This document shows, piece by piece, positions 13,601 through 26,100 of a DNA stretch of 64,000 bases; within the stretch, counting starts at the first letter, position 1; each line of letters starts with the position of its first letter. The notes beneath the pieces were generated by a model. The model saw only the letters and a program-made list of their open reading frames with translations, was not told the DNA's origin and did no database searches. The DNA comes from Oikopleura dioica (taxonomy: Eukaryota > Animalia > Chordata): contig OU015569.1 of NCBI GenBank assembly GCA_907165135.1, positions 6,386,001-6,450,000 on the forward strand, given 5' to 3'. Both the position numbers and the translations under genes were made by a program.

Positions 13601-16600
13601 ATTCCGATCTATATTTGAGCTCGTCATTGACAGACTTGAGTTCCCGCTCCAGATCACCGATGCTTGTTTTCAAATCTGTAGTAGAACCAGCTTCGGAACT
13701 AATTCGGAACTTCAATTCTTCAATTTCGACATCTTTATCCTTGATTTCTTCAGTAAGGTCTTGGATATTTCGACGCATCTTTCTGTTGATTGCGTCTAAT
13801 TCGGAACTTTGCTCCTCAAGATTTAGTTTGTCGTCTTCTACATGGTCGAGCATGTTCTTGTGTTTTTTCGTCTCTTGCAAGAGCTCATCGCGCTCCTAAA
13901 TTCAAAATTAGCATTCGATACCATTAACGAGCGAATAACCTTTGTGATTTGCTCTAAGGACGCCTCCAAATCTTTCTTAGAAGCAGTTGTTTCTTTGAGT
14001 TCCTGGACGATGAGTTCTCTTTCCTTCAGCTCGTTTTCAATGTCCTTGTCCATTCGACGGAGCTCAGATTGCACTTTCGTATTTTTCTCCTCGGCGATCA
14101 TTACTAAATCGCGTAAATTATAAACGTTCAAATATTGGTATGTGTCAATTTGAATTAGAATTTGAATCGGGTGCAATTCTGAAAAATCAAGAAACGAATA
14201 CATGGCCTAATCACCGACCACGTACCTTGCTTCTGTGAAAGAACTAGCTCCTCTTTGACGAAATCCAACTCTTTTTGCAAGGCCTCCTCCTTCTTCGTAT
14301 TGTCGTTGAGAGTTTCGATTTGGTTGAGCTCATTTGCTTTTGACTTGATGTCGTATTCAAGTTGAATAATCTTTCGGGAGTCAGCGTCGCGCTGGAATTG
14401 CAACTCTCGATTTTTCGCTTCGGCCTGTAGTTTTTCTTTTTCCGATTCAATGACTGCCACTTTTTGGCTGTCAAGCTGCTCGTTCAGTTTTCGATTGTCT
14501 TCCATCATTACACCGAGACGGCGCTTGAGTTCTTGCATTTGAGCTTCAGCAAGATCTGCCCTTTTCTCCCACTCCTCTGCGTTTCTCATTATAACGGACG
14601 TTTCTTCTGACAGATTCGCCGCTGACTTTGTCGCTTGACCAGATAACCGTTCTGCGTCCTGTAATCTCTTGGCTATAATTTCCTTCTCCCGACGGAGACG
14701 CAAGAGCTCGGTTGCTTGCTGGTGGTTTTGCGTTTCGATTCTTACTGTCCGCACACTGGAAAGTTCTTTCGTTTTTCTTAGGACCTCGATTTCGGCGATA
14801 AACAAGTCATCGTCTGTAGCCATCATTAATTGCTTGTTCAGACGTTCAGATTCAGCGCTTTGCTCGTCTAACTGACGCGATAGTGCTTCCTCCGTAGCTT
14901 TTGCCTCGTTTATCAACTGACGAAGTTGTGAGATTTCTTTGGTCATTTTTAGGTTGTCGACAAAAACCTTTTCACGCATATCTTCATCGTAGCCCTCTGA
15001 TTCTAGTTCTGCTTCTTTCTCAAGCAATTTCGAGTTTAGTGATTCCTTCTCTAGTTTCAGGTTCTCAATTGAATGTCGATTTATGTTGCGAAGTTTCGTG
15101 ATTTCTTGATCATGTGTGACCAGCTCATCTCTCAGTACTTTCCGGAGAGCAGCGAGCTCCTTTTCTTTGCGCTCCAGAAGAGCTCTTACGCGTTCCATCT
15201 CGCTTTTTCCATGAGCGGCTTCGTCTTGCATATCTTCAAACTTTGACTGCAAATGTTTGAGCTCCTTTTCGGTTTCGTTGACGGCTGGTAAAGGTGCGGG
15301 AATGAAGCGAGGTGGTAGGTCTTGCATCGGACGATTTTGAAGCGGACTGGACTCTTTCAAAGCGTTCACTAGTTGACGGGATGAGAGGGATTTTAAAGGT
15401 TGGTGAGCGGAGTAGTCGTCGGTCTGCGTTTCGTATGAAGCTTCTGCTGCTAGTTTATGCTGATAGTCATTTGAAGACTCGCTGAGATAGTGTATGCTGT
15501 GGTCGGAGGAGCCGTTTGACGCCGGCGGAGCAGGGAAAGATTGGGCCGAATCGACGGACTCGAAACGATTGATGTTTGCGTCAGTAGCTGAGTCCTGCGA
15601 GTTGCGTTCCTCTCTGTAGACTCGGCCGCGAGAGATGTGCTGCGAATCCTCGAGTCTGATCGAGCCCATGCTATCAAGTCCACCGTCGGTGAAGTTATCG
15701 GTCTCTTGGATGACGCGATGGGATGGTGCGCGGCGTTCTCGTCGTTGGATTGAGCTGATCGATCTGATGGAAGTGGTCTCGTCGTCGGTAAAGCCCGTGG
15801 CAGAGCGGAGCGACGCTGATGAAGAATTTTGTTGAGAATTATGTGATCAAGGATTGGAAAGATCTGTCTGATTGGAAACAAGAAACACCAACTAAAGCAG
15901 GACATCGCTATCGAGCAACGCTGGCTTTAGGCTACTTATACAATGAAATGACGAGCACCAACTAACCTTGGACATCCGAGTCCTGCGATATCGTCCTAGG
16001 TTTGGTGGACGGAGGACGCTCGAGAGAGGACGCATGTAATGCAAAGTAGCGACCCTTTTCTTTGGTGACACCTTGTTAAAAAAGATCCGTTATAAATAAT
16101 ACTTTTGGAATATAGAACGACACGAAACTAATCATGCAAAGTATTAACGGAAATGGATTCAAGTCAAATATCCTCGATCGAATATTTGTTCTAGTGAGAT
16201 TAATGAATGTTTAACTAACTACTGGTGAGCACGTTCCTGGTTAGAATTTATTAAACGCTCATTACGCGGCGTTAAACTTCCATGTCTACTCGAGCCACGA
16301 GAATGGATTGGCGAGTTCTCAGCTGAAACTCTGTGATCATTGGAAGTTAACCGTTCAAGAGAGTTATTGTCGATGAGATCGATTTTGCCAGGACGTCCGA
16401 ACTCATCAACTGTCATAATAAATAGATGAAGTATATGGAGATATATACAAAAGAAAATACAACGATCAAATTCATCTGGACATAATCATAAACAGATCCC
16501 AGAGAAAAGAAAAGGGCAGAAGAATATGATCTATGTATTTATAAGACAATGAACATGCACACTGATGAAACCTCTCAAGAACCTGTAACTTACCGTTGCT

Positions 16601-17045
16601 TTTCGATTTGGCATTCCCGTAGGGATTGGAACGCGTTGGGGCAGACTGATAGGAAGAGACGTTAAGTCGTTGATTGTCCGACATCCGCGTAGGATTAGAT
16701 CGATACTACAACATTCAGATGATAAAACAGAGAAAATGGATTACTAACAGAATCAGGGCGAGCGTAATTTTGCGGCTGCTTGCTCACAGACTGCTGGTAC
16801 TCCCACTCTCTGTCCAGAGTGTGCGATGCCGACTGCGGCATAAACTCGTTAGCATCATTTCTGGCTATCAGCTGCTCATCGTCAGAAAGGTTCGAATCAA
16901 AGTCGGCTTTCTTAGGTGCCGGGACGAACTTTTTCTTGGCATCTGAACCCTCTAGAATCACAAAGGGGTGCCCTTTCAAGGCTTGAATTGAGACTTTCAC
17001 TCCAAATTCGGACTCTCGAGCCGAATCCGATCCCGATTCTACCAT
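10660..17045 (-). CDS. CGN/CGNL1: Cingulin/paracingulin-like protein: globular head plus very long myosin-tail-like coiled coil (~1800 aa, estimated)
   Basis: N-terminal SEFGVKVSIQALKGHPFVILEG resembles the remembered cingulin/CGNL1 ZO-1-interaction region (YGVxxRVQGIxGxPxxVLN). Long E/K/Q/L heptad exons (ORFs 14155-15669, 11556-13517). The spliced C-terminus KLRHVLSQAENSSSKNNANNEV|LELRLKSMKQQLDISESEL aligns without gaps to remembered cingulin [41 protein letters not shown]. Stop after MEITTI. Confidence 0.72.
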
Positions 17046-17064
17046 GTTACTGCATAAGTAATCT

Positions 17065-17070
17065 CTGAAA
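17065..17070 (-). promoter_or_regulatory. Candidate trans-splice acceptor between the cyclophilin-like and cingulin-like genes
   Basis: TTTCAG lies 19 nt upstream of the cingulin-like ATG, inside a 119-bp gap between same-strand CDSs. Confidence 0.45.
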
Positions 17071-17164
17071 TGGACAGGTTACATAGTTCTGGTTACTTAG
17101 CTGAAGAAATGTAGGTAAAGAGATTGAACTGGAACAGAACTGCGAAGGGACGTCCGGTTGACAT

Positions 17165-18601
17165 TTAAAACTTTGATAAAAGCGATTTCTGGCGATTTAA
17201 TATTCCGCAATCCACGATCGTTGCAGAAGCTGTCATGGGCCCCGGCCCAATAGTAGGATTGTTAATCAATTCTGACTTCTTCTCCATATTCAGGAAATTC
17301 TGCCGCTTGTTCATCGTCACAATGTCGAGCTCGGACTTCTTCTCCCACGCGAGCCACTTTTCTTTCTCTTTTTCTAGCGCCGTTTCCGACGATTCAAATG
17401 TCGGCCGCAACGCCACGGGTACACCTTTCAAAATTTCCTCCTTTCTTTGTTCGTTACTTCTGAGCGATTTCTCCTCAGAATTAATCTTTTCCGAATAGTT
17501 AGTTTTGTTCTCATCATCAGCCTCACTATGGGTGGTCTCCTCCGCTGCGTCCAGGGCGAGCTGTCTGTCAATCATACCGGGAATGTACGTGTCCGACTGA
17601 AAGAAAACTTAAAGCCGCCGTACTTATCAAATTTCATGTACTTTGAATCAAAAAGAGCAAATTTCTTTACCTGAAGGCCGAGGGCGATCCTTTCCAACAA
17701 GAGCGGATCTTTGTCTGCGCCCGTTTGCTCCGCCAGTGCCATCAAATGCTGATTGTTGGGGTAGTAGTAGGCGACCGGTTGCACGCAGGCACACTCGATC
17801 TCAATCAAACTGTCCCAACCTTCTTCGATTTCGCCGATAACTTGGAACTTGCCGTCCATGTCTGCGTGCGCATCGTATGTGATCCCAAACATTGTCTATT
17901 TAAAAGCAATAGTTTTAAATAGTGGAATAGAGAACCTAACCTCTGCGTGCGGATTCCTGCCTGAAATAAGCTGACGCATGAAATCTTCTTTGCGTAAATA
18001 TCGCTCAGGAATGCGCGTTACTGCCGTGAGGAGTCCCTCCCTGTTGTGCACTAGAATTGTCAGTTAAATCAAAAGATTTTCTCTGCAAAGTAGATTTACC
18101 AAGTGGATTGTCAGTGTTCTGTTCGAGGTAAGGGTGTGCGCGCAGCATAAACTCCCAAAGTTTTCTCAATTCGAAAAGGTCAACGTCGCTTTTACCAATC
18201 GTGGAGAACGCGACAGCCTCCCCACGGCCAAGGCCGGCTCGTTGGAATTCCGATCCGATAAACTTCCCTTCCGACACTAATTTGAGAAAATTGTCGCAGT
18301 AAGGAGCCGTCCACTCGCCCAAGTCGTCGAATATCTATATTCTAAAATACTTTCAGCCAGGCACAGCGCGAGTCTCCGCATTATTTAATTAATTTACGAA
18401 TTATTCAATCAATTCACTTGCAACTGTCATACAATTAAATAAATTCTAGTGATCAGATGCACTAACCTTGAAAACGATTCTCCCCGCTGGAATTTCATCG
18501 ACAGCAATGTCAAAGTAGACTTTAGTCGAAGAGACGGAAATAGCTTTCCTACTTTTGCGCGACATCGTTGCCCGGCCGAGCCATTTGTAAAGAGCACTCA
18601 T
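17165..18601 (-). CDS. Divergent cyclophilin-type PPIase domain protein with acidic/charged C-terminal extension
   Basis: Spliced KVYFDIAVDEIPAGRIVFK|IFDDLGEWTAPYCDNFLKLVSEGKFIGSEFQR and MFGITYDAHADMDGKFQVIGEIEEGWDSL follow the start and end of the cyclophilin fold. TTTTCAG sits directly before the ATG. Confidence 0.75.
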
Positions 18602-20073
18602 TCTGAAAAAACGAAGATTCGATGGAGCAATTGCTTGCAGGTGTAGTGTCTCTGATCGCTGTTAGTCTCCATATCTGTGAGTAGATAAACAATGTTCCTT
18701 GCATAACGGGCTTGTAGTAATGTTTTGGGCGCGCACAATTGACCCGGGAGGAATTCGCCACTACTGTTTGCTCTATGACGCGGCTGCAATAGTTGAATTT
18801 TGGCGGGGCTCTCCCTTTTCGTCCGATTCTTCCGTTGAGAGTAAACTTGGTAGAGTATCAAAAGGTATGAATAATGAAGCGTAATCTGAACGTGCGCGCT
18901 ATTCGAGCGCTTTGGGCCGGATTGGGCGCCAGCGGCCCGGCCGAAACGAAAAAAGGACATTGACTGCGGTCCGTGGTACAACCGCCATTCTAGCGCCTAG
19001 TCCGCACCTCGCTTAAAAACAAACCTCATCCCCTAATTGGACTCCTAATCGCCGAGAAAGCCGTTTTGGACCAATAAAGGCTATTCAATAATTTGTTCTA
19101 CAGCTAGACTAACTTTTTCAAAAGTCAAAGTAAAAAAATGCAATTGCATTCTGTCATTCAAAGCGAATAAATTCAACTAGCGTTTTGGATGATCGAATGA
19201 TTGACGAATCAATCAAGCTCTGCAGATCTTCAGCGTAGCTTTTTGAAGACTTCGCGAAAGGGTTTCGGTCATACCGTCTCTGTAACTTGAAATCCAAAAA
19301 TGGTACAACTGAGATGCAAATTTTAAATTTTGAGAGAATGCATGATTGAGGCTTAATCTTTTGCTCGATTTTCTTGCTTGTGATTGAGATAATAATAGGG
19401 TTGCACTTCTGAAATCGCCCTCGGCGAAAACCACTTTCACATATTTAAAAATAGCTAGAAACAGGTAACTTCTATTGGGCACCTTTTTTGCACAAAAAAA
19501 AAGAGTCACGGGAGTCGGTTTTGTATAAAAAATTTATTTCCTATCTTTAGAAATTTTATAATTTGTATTAACATAAATTTTACGAAGGATAATATTTTGT
19601 GTAGTAGCAAAATAGGTTTGGTTTGGGTTTGACATGGATATCATGGACAGGCAACGTGACTTTCGGCGAAAAGAGCAGTAAGGTTACAGTGACCCTTATC
19701 GCTTTTTTCTAGTTATATATAAATTTTCATGGAAGACATCAGTGTTAGTAAAAAGCAGAGAAAGCGTAGGTTATAAAAATAAAACTTTTTTTGGAAGAAA
19801 AGAGTGAGGCTGCGAGGGAACCTAAAGGAGGCGCCGGACGAGCTTTGGAAGTAATTTCATTTAGCGAGAAGGTAAGTATAAAAATTAAAATTATAAATGC
19901 ACATAAATAATATAAACAAAGTGCACGTATGGTTTAGGTGAAAAATTAAATTTCAAGAGTGGAAAAAGAGATTCTGAGAATTCTTTCCGCGCTCCTAATT
20001 TAAAAATAAAGGATGTATAAACATCAGGGTTATGATTTTTTGAAGAGGATAGACGATTTCAGGCGAGTTGAGG

Positions 20074-23000
20074 TCATTTGATATTGAGAGCCATATTGAC
20101 AGGAGTCGAGCAGAGCGGACACTGCGAATCCTTAAAATAACAATTACGAGTTTGTTAGACCAAAATCTTTCGTTTTCCTGAAATTCAGTCATTATGACGT
20201 TATTGAAAGTAAAAAATTGAGAATCGAAAAGGTGTGCGATCGTGGTTTAAAAATTGTGCTGAACTTTTACCTGCGCAGGAATTTGATTTAGAAATTTGTT
20301 AAGTTGGTCTCTAGTAGTTCAATCAAATACAACTGTGTTAAATAAGTGGTTTTCCTCACCGTCATGGCAGCAATAGTGAGAGCACAGGTGTAGCAAAAGG
20401 ACGAGTGACCGCAAGGCACCAGAGCGGCAGAACGCGAGTTTTGGTGGCACAGGATGCACGCCGCTTTCCCACTCACCGAACTGAACGAGAGTTGGTTCTA
20501 CACTTGAGTTGAGCCTCTTTCTTACCTGATGTCGGAGAGGGACTCGGTGCCGTAGCCGGACTCGAGGGTAGACATCGAGCGCGTATCGTCCGATGGCGAT
20601 GGGGCTGAAAAAAGTAATGCTAGTTTGATCGAGCATGGCGATTCATAACGCAACTGTTGTAGCGTTTTTGAAGTGGGTACTTACATCTAACGAGATTGCG
20701 AGTCAAGAGACTGTTTGTCATCGGGGCAGTTAGCTGACCAGTAGTCGTCATTTTTTTGGGAGCTTGGACAGCGCCATTGACAGAGGGAAAGTTTTGCATG
20801 TCGCGCGACGAGCGCAGCGTTGTCTGTTTCTGTTTAGTTTGGATGTAAATGCCATCGCCAGCTGCGATCTTCTGAATGTTCGGCGGCGTTCTGCGCTGCT
20901 TGGAAGAATTCGCGAAGTTCGGTGCCAAGTTAACGCTCGACGGCTTTTGGATTGGCTTTATCACTTTGGTGGCGGCGGGACACCACGAGGCGGCGGTTGG
21001 GTTTAGCTTTGACTTGCTAACATCGACTTCTACTTTCTCTTCTTCTTGCTTCTTCTGGATGCTACGACCAACATCCTTGTCCAGATCAACTCCGATTTCC
21101 TGAAAAAGTTCGGCCACAAGATTTAATTGAAAGAAATACCTTGAGGTTAACAACAATTTGCGGCGTGTCGTCTGTGGGCTCAACATCAGCAATTGGCTTT
21201 GACATCGACTTTTGGTAAAGTGCGAAATTGTTTTTGAGACTCAGAGAATTGATGTCCAGCATTGAAGTAGAATCTGTTAAAGATTCGTTATTATTCAACG
21301 AAGCAGAGGGCGGCGAGCTGGGCTGTTTGAATGAAGAAATACAGGAGCCAAGAAGACTTCCACCCAAAAGAGGTGGCATTTCAGTCGGCGTAGGGGTTTC
21401 GGAGGGTCGTGAAAAACTAGGGAAAACGGGACGAGGGGAGGAGACACCAGCCTCGACATATGGCTTGTGCTTGTTGGTTGTTGTCGTTGAATGCTGTAGA
21501 GCAGAACTGCTATTCAAACTGAAAAAAAAAATAATTTTTTTAGGTTCGTCTTTGAAGAGTACCTCTGGAGGAACTGATCCACTTTCTGCCTGTCGCCGAT
21601 AGAGAGCGAGCCGAAAGCCTGAAGAGCAGCCAAGGCACGCTCGGAGGTGCTTGCAGAAGAGTTTCCAGCACTGAAGTGTTTGTTTAGAACTTATCTGCTA
21701 AACTGATCTCCTAATCAGTGAATTATCGTTTTAGCTGTCGAAAGTCGCGCGTTCTCATGCTTGTCGATTACTTACATTGGATTCTCGATTTCGCCATCAT
21801 CGCCAATATCAACACCATTGGCGGCGAAGTCAAGGTCGCGATCGATAGAACCGGTGCCCGTCCTCGTCGCGATGTAGGCTTCGATTTCTTGCTTCGCGAC
21901 TTCGACGTTCTCCGGGAGACCTGTCACTTCGAATACTGGGTCTTTCTCGCGACTTGGGGTGACGATGTAAGTGTGCGTCTCGTTCTGTATCCTTTTGATG
22001 GTAGATCCGCGGGGACCAACGACCAGGCCGACGACTTTGTAGGGGACTCTCACTTTGACGGTGACAGTTCCATGTTCGGATCCGAGAACACCGTGGGCGG
22101 CTACCATTGAGCCAACCCGTGTTCGCTGAGCGCGTATAACAGTAAAGTGCTCCGCTGCCTCGCGGATCTCAGCAGCTGCGATAGCGACGTCTTCCGCTCG
22201 CCCTGACAGAAATTTATAAAGTTTGTTTATCAAGCTCCTCAATGGAGAGGAAATGGCTGCTTAATCGTAATGGCCAGCGTAAGTGGCGCCGCTTTGAAAT
22301 CGCTGAAGGCCTCCCGATTTTTATAATCACCTGTTATTACAAATTGTGGTTCCTCGCCACGGCCAGGTGTCTTGATGTAAGTGTTTGTCTTCTCTCGAAG
22401 AATTCTGATTTTACAGCCTAAATGACTAGTCAGCAATATTGAAACTCCAATAAAATTCTATCTGCAGGGTATTAACGAATGTTACCTTGCTTGCCGACGA
22501 TTTCAGCGACGTGTTCCGAAGTTGGCACTTTTATTGTTTCCTTCGTGTTTTGGCATTTCTTTGGAGGCTCGAGTAGCGAAAGATCGGGCGCACAATCGTT
22601 CTTTTTGTTTCCGCCGACCAGTCCTAGCGCGTGCATTTCTAGCGCTAGCTGCATTACTCCCTTGGCCGCGTTACTCTTCGGATCACTAATTAAGTCTTTT
22701 AAAATCGCACTCAAAATACTTATCGCCAAACTTCATAAGGGCTCCGTTCCCAGAGAGCAACTCATCAAGAGCTAAGCAAATTTAAACTTCCTGATTGATG
22801 ATTTTCTGAGAGTCCTCAATTAACAAGAATTAACGATAGTTTTCCGTTGTTAGAAGATCAACCAGAAATAACTAAAATTTGCGAAACAGATTCGAAACAA
22901 TAAATTAAGTAAAATATCAACTATTAATCTTAATAAATCTTCTAAAAAATAACTATTTTTCTACATTCCCAAATTTGGACGGCTTAAATTCGTAAGCATA

Positions 23001-23148
23001 AATTTTGAAATTCACTAGTTTAAAACTTTTTTTGTTTTTACAGGTGGCCATTTGAACTTTGCCCCTTAATTTTGGAGTATTGGCATTGCGCATACAGTTG
23101 CACTTCTTTCATAGAAGAAAGAGAACAGCTCTTACCTTCCATCCCCAT
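20074..23148 (-). CDS. MEX3: MEX3 RNA-binding E3 ligase (2 KH domains plus C-terminal RING); start approximate
   Basis: MQLALE motif, KH1 [46 protein letters not shown]2 [53 protein letters not shown]...[11 protein letters not shown]...DSQCPLC. Confidence 0.95.
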
Positions 23149-26100
23149 AGAGAGTAGAGATTGAGCCCGATGTAAGCAGGTCCGACATGACTTTCCAGGC
23201 AACAAACTGGACTCGTTTCTGAATGTTGAGTTGAAGAAATTCCATTTTTATTGAGCTGAGCGTCTTCAGTAGTCCCTTTATATCAAGGTGATTACTTGGC
23301 AGCTTGGGGGTCTTTCGAGCGATCGGGTGATACTTCTAACGGGAGCAAAATTACCGAGACAAGCTCGTGACACATTTACAAGGAGATAAAACTCGTATTT
23401 ATCCAGTTGGAGAGCTTTACAGAGCGTGTGGCAAGTGCGCTTTTACAAGCTTTATCTTTCGCAAATGGATACCGATTCAGCGGAACTATCTGAGAAAAAA
23501 TATTCATAAATGCCTCAACAAAAAGGCGGGGGTTACCATGCGACTCAGATACTTCATCCGGTTTAGAGGCTTTTTTATTTTTATTTTATTGTTTCAAACT
23601 TTCAATGAAAAAAGTTTATTTTTTAATTTCTCCCTTCCCTGAACGGGCCAAACATGCTGAGGCTGAATATTCGGACTCCAGATGTTGTTATTTATGCTAG
23701 GGATATTCTCGCTGAGGCCAATCATTATGGCTTCTGTATTTTTTATTCTCTAATCGCAAGAAGGTTGTACTCCTCTATGATTCCAACAGCGTTAAAAATT
23801 ATACGAAAATGTGTTTGGCTATCGAGAGATTTGGATTGTAGAACGGCAGGTTCGAACAATCAGCTCTGCAGGCTGGACAGTCAACGGATGACTCCTGGTG
23901 AGGGCGCCACGATGACGCAAAAACAAATACAGAGCTGCTTAACCCTGACCAGTTCCACCGGATCACCGGATCACACATAATTTTTAAACTTCCCCAATTG
24001 TGAGGCGAACACTCTTTGATCATTAGGGCGGATATCCGCGCAATCAACCACAAAAGTCAGCGCTGAACTGTCCGAAATACCAGACAGGAAAGAAACCAGC
24101 GCGATCGGGAAGTCGGTGACCTCCAACTCACTGAGGCCTCATTTCCTGGTCACTTTCCGTTTCCCTTTTGATAATGCGAAAAATGTCTCTACTTCGACAA
24201 TTGTTGCAAATTGAAATAGAGGCGATTAAATAAGTGTCATCAATGACTTCTTGGTTGCACTGTAAAAGAGGTCAATAGTAAGTATGAAGAATCGCCGACT
24301 GTAAAAATTGAGCAGAACGCGTCAATCAGAGTACATTCGACAATATCCTCTCCACTCGATTTATGATAAGTGGGTATCGCTGCAAACGCGTAAATCACCG
24401 CATGTCGATTTTTACACATCTGCCGTAGCCGAATGCTTTCTTGCAAAACGACCTCAAAATCGAGCATTTAACTGTTTCCTATCGCTCTGATGATTGTGTA
24501 TTCGTGTTCTAAGGCAGCCTTCGCACGCCGCAGCGATCCTATCAAAGGGAGCATTAAATTGATTTTATTAGGCTTTTATGAAACGCTCCTATTCATTTCT
24601 ACCTGAACGGGCAATTTCTATCTGGCACTTCAGCGCGCGTAAAATAAATTTTCAGTGATCCCAATAAAGAATCATTCTAATCGAATTTCATAATTATCAT
24701 TGATTGTAAATACTGGCTCGGAGAATTGTCGAGTACCTCTGCTTTTCCCACGGGCTTACTTGAGTCCCTAATGCCCTCGAGACGGACGTATGGGAATGGT
24801 CAGCGGAAGTGGGATTAAACAGCTTTCGCAAAATTAGCAAACCATCTCAAACTTTAGCACAGAACAGATGTTCGGTTTTATCGTAGTGACCAGTTCCCTG
24901 GAGCTTTACGAGCCGTGCTAAATTCGAATCGCACTGTGTTTATTCAATCTGCCATCGAACTTGCCTAGCATCTGTCCCACAAATTCTACCATTGAAGAAA
25001 AAGTATTTAATTTAGTGATTATAAAAATATGGATTATCATAATTTGGAATCATTTCACAATTTCCATAAACTAGCATTTACATTCAAGAAGATTATTTAC
25101 CCAGCTGGTCCAGAGAATCAGCAAAAGTCTAATCTACGAACTTTTATCAAGTGCATCTCACACATACTTCTAAGGCGGTGTTGACAAATATTCTTGCCAA
25201 ACAAAAACGTTTGAATGTTTCCTTGGCGGAATATTTCACCAGCTTGGTGTTAAAAAATAAAAAACAGACGCGAAGATAAAGTATCATTGCCGATCACTCA
25301 AAGTCCGAAAAAATAACAGCTCGATCAAAAATTTGGACAGTAAAGCTCTTTCGTCGTCTTTGGCTTCATCCTTTTGTCTTTTCTCTCTCTTTGAGTGGCG
25401 ATGATCACGGAGGCCGTGTATTTTGACTTGAGCGATCGACTGATGCTCCAAAATCGATGAAGACTGGCGCTCCTTTCAAAATTCATTTTTACACTTTTGA
25501 GACGCCATCAACGATCTCATCGCGAGGAAATGCCTGTTTGTTTTCTTTAGGTTTTTGGAGGAACATAGCTACGCACTTGTCCACAGGATACGCTCGTAAA
25601 GCGAGTAATAACGCGAGGAACTAGCTAGAAAGCCACAAAATGCTGCTTAGGGAGTCTGAAAGAGTCAAGAAAGAGTCCGAGGCTAGGTGTGTCGCTCACC
25701 CCGCTGCCAGAATAACAATGAACCTAATTTAACGAGAAGAGAACAGTTTTTTCTTGGCGAAAATCTCTCAAGTAGGCCACTTGACTTCTGGGTAATCTCT
25801 CTCAGAGTGTAACTGATCACAGAGCCGAGTTCGTCATCGCAGATCCAGAGGATTCTGACAACGATGCTCAACCTAGTGTCACCTAGAAATAGCGCTAACA
25901 CACGGCTCATCGCGTAGGCGAGCAAACGATTCAGCTTTAGGGGATGGGCGCCATGTGTGCCGTAATCTTACTCCACCACCGGTCGGTTACTCCGACACTT
26001 TCAACCCAAACACGCCGACCAGAGCTCGATTTCCGCCTGGAAGCTCTCAAAAACAGCTCCACTGATACAAGATGATTACTTCTGCTAATTTCATCCAAGT

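Noticed and set aside
11952-14875. Plus-strand Ser/Phe/Leu-rich ORFs
   Set aside because: Antisense shadows of the Glu/Lys-rich cingulin-like coiled-coil exons.
18907-18941. GC-rich hairpin GGCCGG...CCGGCC upstream of the cyclophilin-like gene
   Set aside because: Only a 6-7-bp stem and no tRNA cloverleaf or other RNA-family signature.
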